DNA of 64,000 nt, taken from the NCBI GenBank assembly GCA_951406725.2, contig OX597824.1:47244001-47308000 (forward strand). The letters run 5' to 3'. The notes under the pieces are model-generated. The model did not search any database. It was given only the letters and a program-made list of their open reading frames with translations, and was not told the origin of the DNA. Source of the DNA: Octopus vulgaris. Taxonomy: Eukaryota. Below are positions 25,901 through 35,814 of this stretch, piece after piece. Position 1 is the stretch's first letter. Each line of letters begins with the position of its first letter. Both the position numbers and the translations under genes were made by a program.

Positions 25901-27737
25901 AAAAATCAATATCACATAAAAAAGGGCTGTTCTTTTTTAATGAGTAGTTGTGGAAACCTCAAAAAACATCATGGCTGCAACTGTTCCTCCTCTGACAAAA
26001 CCATGAAAATGCCCCCAAAACAGTGCTAGAATTCCTAAGGTGGTGGTACTTAAGGATAGTATACAACTGTTTAACATCATCTTAAACAAAATCTATATTG
26101 AACTACCACACTCAGCAATATTGATTTATGATATTGGCACAAAGCCAAGCATTTGGGAAGAGAAAGATACAATCAATTTAAGTGACCCCAGAACTTGATT
26201 GATACCTACTTTAATCAATCTAAGAGAGATAAAATTACAAATAAATTAACTATGGCAGAATTTGAACTAAAATCAAAAGGTAGTCCAAGTAGTATCATTT
26301 CTATTAGTCCAATGCCCTTTACACAGTCAACAATATTTACATTCTATAGGCATACAAAATAATATTTTAGCCATTTTCAATATGGCTAAATGTCATTCAC
26401 ACTGCAAACAACAAAATGGTCAAAATAAACCATAATTTAAACACCTTAAATGCATGTGTAGACATGTCCTGTCCAAAATAGAGAAAACATGTCACCAGTT
26501 TACAAACAGTATATCAAGAATATTAAGGTGGTGAGCTGGTAGATATGTTAGCACACCGGGCAAAATGCTTAGCCGTTTCCGTTCGTCTTTACGTTCTGAG
26601 TTCAAATTCTACTGAGGTCGATTATGCCTTTCATCCTTTCAGGATCGATAAATTAAGTATCAGTCGCATACTGGGATTGATCTAATTGACTAACTCCTCT
26701 CTAAAAATTTCAGGCTTTGTGCCTAGAGCAGAAAAGTATATCAAGAACATTATGGCTGGGCCTCTATCTTAACTTCCAAACTACAATAAAACTTCAGAAC
26801 AATACTCATCACTTCATAAACTCTGTGTATGTGTGTGTGTGATACATGCATATGCATGTGTGCACATATGCACACACACTAATCACATACATCTTGATAA
26901 TACTAAAACTCTAGGGATGTTTATCTGAACCTGAAATATCTCAGAAATAGTACATCTTATCTTAATTTTTTTTTGCATATTTATTTTCATACAAATTTTT
27001 GTGACATTTGGACCTCTATTTATTAATGAAAATGAGTAAACACAACTTTTGTTTGTTATTTCTTGACGAAAAAAGCATGGCTTCCGTTACAGAATACACA
27101 CGCATATAATGAATATCATGGTGTATCAATCAACACAAACGCATGTCTGCTATCTGTAACATATACGCACACACATAGTCTTTGCACTCTCTAAGAAAAA
27201 AGACATTGACTTCTTGACTTACACAATATTTTAATCATTTAGAAATATTTTTAACTGAATGTGACTTCAAAAATGTAAGTTGTTTGTACAGTAAATATTT
27301 ATATTTTAGCTTTCTTTAAACAGACAATATTTTAATGGTTTTTTAAAATTATTTTCATATTAATTTCCATGTTAATTTTATTTATATATTTTTGTTTTAA
27401 AGTGAAAGAGAGGAGAAAGTGAAAGATGTATGTACGTGTATATGAAATGGACATGTGAAAAAGAAAGAGGAAGAGAGAGAGAGAAAAAGATAAAGAATGA
27501 GTGAAGGGGTTTGCTGTCATGTATAATTAACAGAAATAACATACCTTTTCTTGGCTGTCTTGGAGTAGCTTGTATGCCTTCTTCCGATCAGGGATAGTTC
27601 CTTCCATGAGGGTGTCAACTTTGAGGAAAAAGGAATCGCCACCTTTACCACCAACAACATCATAGAAGCCATCAATATGCTCACGGTGGGCCGTCGGGGA
27701 TTCTCCAACTTTCGGATTCTTCACATCATACGGCCCA
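4085..27737 (-). CDS. RMDN2/RMDN3-like: Regulator of microtubule dynamics protein (RMDN2/RMDN3-like, FAM82 family), spliced CDS join(27545-27737,23955-24121,19832-19907,12505-12582,9792-9893,8354-8407,5666-5746,4085-4144); 5' part incomplete
   Basis: Eight exons with canonical GT/AG ends and matching phases give GPYDVKNPK...FLKVDTLMEGTIPDRKKAYKLLQDSQEK|YEGNIDFHWRLSK...SSAHKW|YAVIVGSLTEYLGIRQQIELAYSIK|YHIEQGLKLNPKDAFLHYMLGRWHYR|VYMMTWMERKIAHLIF...LAHFMT|AEKLRPMIWKENLLHIAR|CYAEMEKYSEAVKWLLKAKK...|DEKTDKDIEDLLSKYISYG*. This follows the RMDN motif order (DFLWRLAR, HxWYAV, LLGRWCY, WxERK, AE..P, CY...A..W). Confidence 0.93.
5666..5746 (-). CDS. RMDN2/RMDN3-like: RMDN exon, 81 nt, phase 0 to 0
   Basis: tctttcag|TGTTAT acceptor and ATTGAT|gtaaga donor. 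Encodes CYAEMEKYSEAVKWLLKAKKIRRSEID. Confidence 0.92.
8354..8407 (-). CDS. RMDN2/RMDN3-like: RMDN exon, 54 nt, phase 0 to 0
   Basis: cttttag|GCAGAA acceptor and GCTCGA|gtacgt donor. Encodes AEKLRPMIWKENLLHIAR. Confidence 0.9.
8939..9267 (+). mobile_element. 5'-truncated CR1-group LINE 3' end
   Basis: ORF end LRGHSEKL...RRGAFSVWVADPWNKLPDEIV...FKVSLD is the CR1 ORF2 C-terminal signature, followed by a short 3' UTR and (TAAC)n tail. Retained CpGs suggest a young insertion. Confidence 0.88.
9382..9592. mobile_element. TTAA-flanked MITE (piggyBac-like); related copy at about 53620-54060
   Basis: TTAA|CTCTTTAGCATT ... AATGCTAAACAG|TTAA. The interior matches the 53.6 kb copy in reverse. Confidence 0.75.
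9792..9893 (-). CDS. RMDN2/RMDN3-like: RMDN exon, 102 nt, phase 0 to 0
   Basis: tttaccag|GTGTAT acceptor and ATGACG|gtaaaa donor. Encodes VYMMTWMERKIAHLIFDNNPPQTSPQETLAHFMT. Confidence 0.92.
11065..12113 (+). mobile_element. Non-autonomous Helentron/DINE-like element
   Basis: 5' hairpin CTTTCACCTT-AGCA-AAGGTGGAG, (GTTT)n, 3' subterminal CCTTGGCAGAGG, terminal hairpin GCACTC-TCT-GAGTGC, T-rich flanks and no TSD. Confidence 0.6.
11640..11810 (+). mobile_element. Ty3/Gypsy integrase C-terminal (GPY/F) fragment
   Basis: Translates THIFACNNVIKPLLAALYAGPFRFLSCMDKFFIIDLNSHKDTISVDRLKKGH, matching the Gypsy YxGPF...D.VS.DRLK motif. Confidence 0.75.
12505..12582 (-). CDS. RMDN2/RMDN3-like: RMDN exon, 78 nt, phase 0 to 0
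   Basis: ttttcag|TACCAT acceptor and TATAGG|gtaaga donor. Encodes YHIEQGLKLNPKDAFLHYMLGRWHYR. Confidence 0.92.
13262..13922 (-). mobile_element. Three head-to-tail copies of tRNA-derived SINE family A (Nin/Deu-like core), separated by (AAT)n
   Basis: Three ~200-bp copies sharing the core TTTCATCCTTT.GGGGT..ATAAA.TAAGTACC and a GAGTTCAAAT B-box-like motif. Confidence 0.85.
13941..13996. repeat. (AAT)n microsatellite
   Basis: Directly visible. Confidence 0.95.
15293..15388. repeat. Degenerate ~12-bp tandem repeat (TATATTACTGGG)
   Basis: About 7-8 imperfect units are visible. Confidence 0.7.
17608..17800. repeat. Degenerate 32-bp minisatellite (about 6 units, AAACTGGGTATCAAACACCCAAAAGAGAGG-like)
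   Basis: Units starting aaactagg, aaactggg, aaacaaga, aaattgaa, aaattggg, aaactaag at 32-33 bp spacing. Confidence 0.7.
18222..18507. repeat. 16-bp minisatellite (TGTCTGTCCGTTTGTG)n grading into (GTCT)n and (GT)n
   Basis: Directly visible; source of the repetitive CVCLSV and TDRQTD ORFs. Confidence 0.95.
18509..18920 (+). mobile_element. tRNA-derived CORE-type SINE (family B), full length
   Basis: GGCGCAGGAGTGG head, GGGTTCA B-box-like motif, CORE-like GCACCTTGGGCAAGTGTCTT, central (TA)/(TG) tract and 3' tail. Partial copies at about 49040-49200, 56410-56560, 59500-60720 and 61165-61300. Confidence 0.85.
19832..19907 (-). CDS. RMDN2/RMDN3-like: RMDN exon, 76 nt, phase 2 to 0
   Basis: tttaaag|GTATGCA acceptor and ATCAAG|gtaagt donor. 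Encodes (W)YAVIVGSLTEYLGIRQQIELAYSIK. Confidence 0.92.
21809..22036. mobile_element. Tc1/mariner-type MITE, 228 bp
   Basis: TA|CAGTGTTGGCCAAAAGTCACCTGACAGTAAAT ... ATTTACTGTCAGGTGACTTTTGGCCAACCCTG|TA: 32-bp TIRs with one mismatch and TA TSD. Confidence 0.9.
22050..23790 (+). mobile_element. Highly degraded RTE-clade LINE remnants interrupted by other repeats
   Basis: Residual peptides MPNDWHNSIIINCYK (about 22690) and HGSET*ALN...KRNEAS (about 22800), with many stops. Boundaries are approximate. Confidence 0.55.
23260..23490 (+). mobile_element. SINE family C fragment with RTE-like tail ending (GAT)n; other copies at 28240-28455(+), 29559-29912(-), 35128-35290(+), 45870-46030(-), 59978-60535(-)
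   Basis: Shared GTGGTTGGCATTAGGAAGGGCATCCAGCTGTAGAAAC-like core and CCATGCTAGCATGGAAA...GTTAAA.GATGAT tail. Confidence 0.8.
23955..24121 (-). CDS. RMDN2/RMDN3-like: RMDN exon, 167 nt, phase 0 to 2
   Basis: ttgcag|TATGAG acceptor and AAATG|gtaaat donor. Encodes YEGNIDFHWRLSK...SSAHK(W). Confidence 0.93.
24581..25010. mobile_element. TTAA-type MITE interrupted by a family A SINE (about 24693-24906)
   Basis: CCCTTTCAATAC ... GTAACAAAAGGG|TTAA termini; the interior is homologous to 53822-54041 and 62259-62473. Confidence 0.7.
26525..26735 (+). mobile_element. Family A SINE with ~18-bp TSD
   Basis: AGTATATCAAGAA(T/C)ATTA on both sides of the element. Confidence 0.88.
27545..27737 (-). CDS. RMDN2/RMDN3-like: RMDN exon, 193 nt, phase 2 to 0 (linker and first helix of the TPR region)
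   Basis: ttccag|TGGGCCG acceptor and GAAAAG|gtatgt donor. Encodes GPYDVK...FLKVDTLMEG...AYKLLQDSQEK. Confidence 0.9.
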
Positions 27738-27812
27738 CTGGAAATTGAGGGAAAACTGTTACTTCATTTGATTGATTATGTGCTCATAAACATCCACAAA
27801 CACAAGCACATA

Positions 27813-29559
<1,747 letters not shown>

Positions 29560-30683
29560 AGCGTCCGTTCTCCATGCTAGCATGGGTTGGACGGTTCAAC
29601 TGGGGTCTGTGAAGCTGGAAGGCTTCATCAGGCCCAGTCAGATCTGGCAGCGTTTCTACGGCTGGATGCCCTTCCTAACGCCAACCACTCCGTGAGTGTA
29701 GTGGGTGCTTTTTACGTGCCACCCGCACAGGTGCCAGACAGGGCTGGCAAACGGCCACGAACGGATGGTGCTTTTACGTGTCACCGGCACGGGGGCCAGG
29801 CGAGGCTGGCAACGGACACGAACGGATGGTGCTTTTACATGTCACCGACATGGGGGCCAGACAGGGCTGGCAAACGGACACGAACGGATGGTGCTTTTAC
29901 ATGTCACCGACATGTTCTTCATCCTTTCTGGTTTTCTCTCCCACCCTTCCCTATTCTTCTCCTCTCCTCCTTCTCCTCCTCGAATCTCTCGTCACTGACA
30001 TGAAAGACAATCTATCTTTCTGCTCATTACCTTCCTAAAGACAAAATATGCTTATACTGTCTCCTTTCATAAGGTCGTCTTCCTAGCGTTCAGAATAATT
30101 TTTCCATCGTCTTGGCTTAACAGCCCTCACCATTTGTTTTTACTATTTTGTTCTCACTGTCCTGTTCTTGTTACCACTTTCACCCTCCGCAAAAAATCCC
30201 AAATTTTATTTAATTTGCTTTGTGGGAAGGACTGTTTCAATGAAGTCATGTATTGTCCTTGCCTTCATAATGCAGAGTAGATGAAACAGGGAGAACTGAA
30301 AAAGGGGAATATTCTTTTTGTTGCATGTCTTGTTTCTGTTTGTTTTTTTCGTTTTCCAAAATAAGTTTGTTTCTATGTTTTTGCTTTTCATTGTGTTCAA
30401 CGTTTTTTTTATGTCCTGTACCCATACATGCATGTATATATACATATATGTATGTACATATATGTATGTATATATGCATATATTTATATATTATTTATAT
30501 ATATATTTTCCCCTTGTTTACAATTAACATGGAAAAAATAAATAAACAGTTTACCAGGGCAGCAAAAAGTCACACAAGTAATAAGGACGTAACACCCTGT
30601 TTGTAAAGCTAGAAACTTTGGGGTAATGTGAAATATTTTGTATAATATATATAAATAAATAAATGGAGTTAAATGCAAGTAAA

Positions 30684-30775
30684 TTCTTTTACTTCCGACA
30701 TATGTCTCAAAGACAACATTGGTATTATTCCAAAGGAATAAAATGGTGTAAAACAATGTAATCTTCTCATCAGGC
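30684..30775 (-). ncRNA. Type I hammerhead ribozyme motif in the inverted 5' pLTR (probably inactivated, GAAA to GAGA)
   Basis: Reverse strand reads CTGATGA GAAGATTACATTG...CAATGTTGTCTTT GAGA CATATG TC GGAAG. Confidence 0.65.
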
Positions 30776-31324
30776 AGAGACAGAAAGAAACCATAGGATT
30801 ACCAGTAAAGGTGCAATCAGGAAAGCCAGCCTTGAGGCTAAGAAAATTATGGAGAAGTATAACTTACAGATGAAGACAGAACCACTTGATCCTAAGCAAC
30901 CTCGTTTTATTTTAAAAGATCATAAACAAAATCTGTCCTTCTAGCTCTGACATTGGTGTACTTAGTAAAACTATTCTAGATAAATGTATTCCTACCTTAG
31001 TTAAAAAATTAAAGCTTAGTTTATGGTCCAATTTGTTCCAAGTCATTGACTGGTTTAGTTCTATTACTAATAAGAGGAGCATTAAGTCTATCCAGTTTGA
31101 CATTTCTGGTTTCTATTCCTCCATCAACCCACTAGGACTTAATAAGGCACTCTGGCTAACTCACAACAAGGCTGGTCTCACCAGGGAAGAGATTAATGTT
31201 GTGTTGGCCGCCAGAAAATCTATCATAAAATTTGATAACAAGCTGTGGGTCCATAAAGATACACCCAATGATTTTGATGTCATGATGGAAAGTTCTGATA
31301 CAGCACAAATAGCTGATTTGGTCA

Positions 31325-31364
<40 letters not shown>

Positions 31365-31632
31365 TTTATGACTTTATGAAATGGCAGACCAATTCCCAAG
31401 TATCAGTGGAGGTCTATATCGGAATGATTGTTTACTCTACCTTCAAAATGTTTCTAACCAAAAAGTACAAAAGGTTAAGAATAGTTTAGTTAAGTTTTTC
31501 CATAGAATGGGCTTAGGCATAGATTTTGATGATGATGTTGTGAAAGCCAACTTTTTAGATATTACAGTTACACAGTAATTCGTACTTCCCATACCACAAA
31601 CCACCAACCAATCTTAAGTATATTAGCCAATT

Positions 31633-31990
31633 CAGCGGGTCGAAACAAGCTCGGGTTTGTTTCGACCCGCTGGATTTGTAATTTTTGAAAAGTAAAAATT
31701 TTGTGAACATTTTTCTGGTTGAAATACACCAAAAAGTGGTGACACAGCAGTGAAAAAATGGTAAAAAATAGGGATTTTCATAGAAAAAAGCAGCTTTTTG
31801 ATGTAAATAATTTTTGGTGTTAACATGGTCCGATTTGAATTTTATGTTCTACGGAAGGAAGAGCAACCCTTCTTCTATCATACTCTCAATTTTGGTCAAC
31901 TTGCGCCGCAGGGTCTCGGAGGAGATAGTGTTAGTTGAAGGTTACGAAACCTGGCGCACACAGACAACTTCAGCTTTATATAGAGAGAGA
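31633..31990 (-). mobile_element. Non-autonomous Helitron-like element inserted in the Penelope RT
   Basis: The minus strand begins A|TCTCTCTCTATATAAAG and ends in a 40-nt palindrome CAGCGGGTCGAAACAA-8nt-TTGTTTCGACCCGCTG. No TSD. Confidence 0.55.
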
Positions 31991-34099
31991 TAACACACAC
32001 ACACATGTATGTATGTATGGATGTATGTATGTATATATGTACATCTGTCCACTTCTTGCCATATTTTTATCCTTCACTTCCTACACACACACACACACAC
32101 ACACCTTATTAGCTTACAATTTCTTTCTGTCAACAATTGACAACTGAAGTATGCTCGCCAATTAATACTACCAACATTTAGCAACAGAAAGTAAATTAAA
32201 AACCAATTTACCTTTTCTGTATTGTTATGGCAATTCGACCGTCGGTGTGTTTTTGCAAATGTGTTCAAATGAGAAGTGAGTTGTGTTTGGCGCCTTTTTT
32301 ACTAATAACAAACACACACGTGTGTGTGTGTTTGAGTGTTTGTATGTAGTTGTTTGAAACGTTTGTGTTTGTCACTGTCATATATGTATATGTTTGCGTG
32401 TGTATGCATGTGTGAGGAATGGCAAACCAGATAGATAGCGCGCGAAGTTCTCTTGAAGTTCGTGCTCCGTTTGTGTGTGTGTGTGTGTGCTTTAGGTGTA
32501 CATAGGTATGTGTTTTTGTGTGTGTGTCACTGAAGCCATACATACATATATACATACATAACCTCTCTCTCTTCTTTTCTCTCCCAGTCACTCACTACAA
32601 AAAGTGAATAAAAAAAGTTCAGTTATCTCTGTCTTTCACACATACACACAACATTACTCTCTCTGTCTCTTTACACACACTAACAAAAGTACTTCACTTA
32701 CACACCACACTTTCTGTGTCGCACACCCCATCAAACACACACACACTCACGTACGCACACATGTACATCAATGCTTCCGATGCACACCAACTTCAAAAGA
32801 ACTTCCCCCAAAAAAACGGAGGAAAGCATTTGAAATGAGAGAGGCTATCGTATATGTATATATTTGCATGTCTATGTATGTGTACACTTGCAAAGAGAAA
32901 GTAGCAGAAAGTGTGGTGGTAATGGGAGAAGTGAAGCACTTGAAATGAGAGAGGCAAATCGTAAAATATTTACTTTTCTCAAATTTTTGCTTAATTGGGG
33001 GTGAAATTGAAAAAATTTTACATGCCACGACCCGATGGAATCTACTTGTAAAAATGATAGGTAAATTCCAATTGAAGAAATTCTATATTGTAGAATTGTA
33101 TAAAAAACAAACGGTTTGGGAGGCAGAGAAAATCTGCCTTTTATCATAAGAGATGGGAGGCAAATTAAATCTAATCTTCCTTTCCAATTTCAGGAAGCTA
33201 TTATTAGGAATTTTCCAAAGAATTCTAGGTATTACTCGATTATCAACTCGCACACGGTTAGGATTGGTTTTCCCAACACAAAAAATCTTTCACAAATTAT
33301 CTCTTCACATAATATTAGTCAGTTAAATAAGAATCCAATTACTAATACTAACATTAATTTAGCTAATACTAACCATCCCCCAAGAAATATTAACAAGGTT
33401 ATTGTCTCTGAAGTCAATTCCAACAGAATTAGGTTTATGTCTAATAATTCTAAGACTAAAAATTCTATATACCAGTGTAAAATTACTTCCGGTACCAATG
33501 TCTTTTTTTTATGTAAATAGTTCTTCTCAGTTATCTAAAAGAATTTCTAATCATTACTCTACATTTAGGGATAGTAATAAACGCAACAGTACAGGGCTTA
33601 GTAAATTAATTTGGTATCGAAAAGACCATAATAAACAATTTAATTTAGATTGGTTGATTCTCTTCATTTCATTCCCTTATGATAAAGGCAAAGAATTCTG
33701 CCAACTCTGTAATAGTGAACTATTTTATATTCTATTTTCTAAGAATTCCCTTGTAAACACGTTTATAGAGCATGCTTATCAATGTAAACATTGGCAGAAA
33801 CATACCTTTAGTTCATAAAGTGATATCTACCATTATAAATAATTTGAACATTGATTTTCTTCTTACATTTCACTTCCGCTAGATATATTTATTTCCAAGC
33901 CGTTAAGCTTTTATTTTAATTCACATATTGCTCTATATTTCTCCTTTATTAGTTTTCTACTTATTTCTTTCCTTTACCCCTTCTCTTTCTATAGGCTACC
34001 TTTTGTGTTATATCTTCTAACGATTTTTTAAAAATACTTAATAGCACCCCATTCATCACATTCTGTTAAAACGTTTTATTGATGAGTTGGGTTTCTTTC

Positions 34100-34200
34100 T
34101 TTCTTACCCTGATGAGAAGATTACATTGTTTTACAGCATTTTATTTCTTTGGAATAATACCAATGTTGTCTTCAAAACATATGTCAGAAGTAAAAGAATT
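34100..34200 (+). ncRNA. Type I hammerhead ribozyme motif in the 3' pLTR (probably inactivated, GAAA to AAAA)
   Basis: CTGATGA at 34109-34115, stem II GAAGATTACATTG/CAATGTTGTCTTC, (G>A)AAA at 34174-34177, palindromic CATATG stem III, GTC at 34183-34185. Confidence 0.7.
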
Positions 34201-34253
34201 TGAATAACACCTGCATTTAACTACATTTATATATATATATATATATATATATA

Positions 34254-35039
34254 CACTGGGTCATCCCATAAATAATACAGGTTTTTTTTATACTTCTTTT
34301 AGTCTTCAAAATTAAGATGAAGTTCTTTTTTAATCTGAAATATACTCTCCTTCATTTTCTACAATGCTCTTCCATCTATCTGGTAGATTTGCAAGGCTCC
34401 TCTTCCAAAAGTCACTTGTCTGTGATGAAAAATACTCCCCCAGTACTGTTCTGACCTCATCTACAGAATTCATATTTTTTCTATCCAATTGGTTTTGAGG
34501 ACTATGGAATAAAAGATAATCAGATGAAGCAATGTCTGGCAAATATGGTGGGTGGGACGTTGTTTCCCATTCAAACTGCTCCAGTCTTTGGAAAGTCGTC
34601 CTCACTTTATGTGGCTGAGCATTATTTTGATAGAACACCTTTGTTCTTGAAACCAAAGATGGTCATTTTCTGATGGCATGCAGGTGTCTATGAATGGTTG
34701 AATGACCAAATCCAAGCTTCACTGCTAGTTCCTCAATAGTACAATGGGATTTTGTTCCACCAGGGTTTGCAGGATGTCTTCGTCGAGCTCTACAGATCTT
34801 CCAGGACAAGGCTCATCTTCTAGACTGTAATTTCCAACTCGGAATTTCTGGAACAACTGTTGACATTGGCTTACACTTACTGTCCTATCCCCATATACTA
34901 CATTAATATTCCTCATACTTTCCATTGTGTTGTTGCCTTTATTGAAAACATAAAGCAAAATATGCTCCTTTGTCGCTTCCATTATAGCTTTTATATATAA
35001 AAATGGATGTATACTTCATTATTTATGGATGACCCAATA
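34254..35039 (-). mobile_element. Mariner transposon, internally deleted transposase pseudogene
   Basis: TIRs CACTGGGTCATCCCATAAATAAT / ATTATTTATGGATGACCCAATA within (TA)n. N-terminal HTH (VYGDRTVS...FRVGNYSLEDEPCPGR) and C-terminal QNNAQPH...HPPYLPDIASSDY...LPDRW motifs. The WVPHEL linker and first catalytic Asp region are missing. Confidence 0.92.
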
Positions 35040-35814
35040 TATATATATATATATGTGTGTTATGTAAAAAAACATTTAGATCAGTTCAAATGTTTGGGAC
35101 ATTTGGGAAAGTAAAAACAGCATAGAAAGCACCCACTACACTCTTAGAGTGGTTGGCATTAGGAAGGGCAGCCACTCGTAGAAACCATGCCAAAGCAGAT
35201 TGGAACTTGCTGCAGCTCCCCAGCTTACCAGTTCTCAGTCAAACTATCCAGCCCATGCTAGCATGGAAAACAGATGTTAAATGATGATATACATACACAC
35301 ACACACTCACACAATTACCTATCCATATATGCCCTTTTTACACATAACTCAGACACACTTACACATACATACACATTATATCTGTTTAAAATGTTAACAA
35401 GAAATGTCAGTGAATAAATGTCGCAAGTTGAAAAGTCATTTCATCTAATTTAAAGACAAAAAAAAACATTAATAGGAGGTAAATTGTCAAATAAATAACC
35501 CATCTTTTATTCACACACTGCCTGCAAAACTACAATGTCCAATGTCTACTACTCATAAGGGTGTTCAACTTCACTACCTTACATCAACATGAGTTGCTAA
35601 TATTTTCTAAACTTGTAACAATTTTTATATAACCTATTCAATTCCTAAAACAATTACATTCAGATCTGAACATCTTGAAAGAAAAGAAAATTTGACAAAA
35701 TTCTGATTTGAAATATTCTTCTGTAGTTAAAAAAAAAAAAGGATTAAAAAGAGAATTCAAATATATGGTAAGTATGATGATCACAGAGCAAAAAAGCAAT
35801 ATTAGAAATAATAC

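Larger units (their letters stand above)
30650..34230 (+). mobile_element. Penelope-like retroelement (RT plus GIY-YIG endonuclease), 5'-truncated and decayed, with inverted pLTRs
   Basis: RT motifs IQFDISGFYSSI, MESSDTAQIADLV, GLYRND, NFLDITV, PYHKP..NLKYI; linker NFPKNSRYYSIINSHTVRIGF..NLSQIISSHN; endonuclease region NSIYQCKI...KRISNHYSTF...LSKLIW...CQLCNSE...CKH. 30650-30775 is an inverted copy of 34107-34230. Confidence 0.9.

Noticed and set aside
27545-27640. GDSFF...VDTL...GTIP resembling a collapsed MAGUK (ZO/CARMA) SH3 domain
   Set aside because: The spacing is far too short for SH3, and the segment splices in frame into clear RMDN exons.
29700-29912. Repeat-spacer pattern superficially like a CRISPR array (also 60145-60360)
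   Set aside because: Eukaryotic context, spacers are similar to each other, no cas genes are present, and the units are internal to a SINE.
30225-30295. Possible further hammerhead after a Penelope-like 3' remnant (about 29960-30330)
   Set aside because: A hairpin and GAAAC are present, but there is no CTGANGA core on either strand.
31623-31626. CTAA as a Helitron CTRR 3' terminus
   Set aside because: These bases are also in-frame Penelope RT codons (YISQF), so the match may be coincidental.
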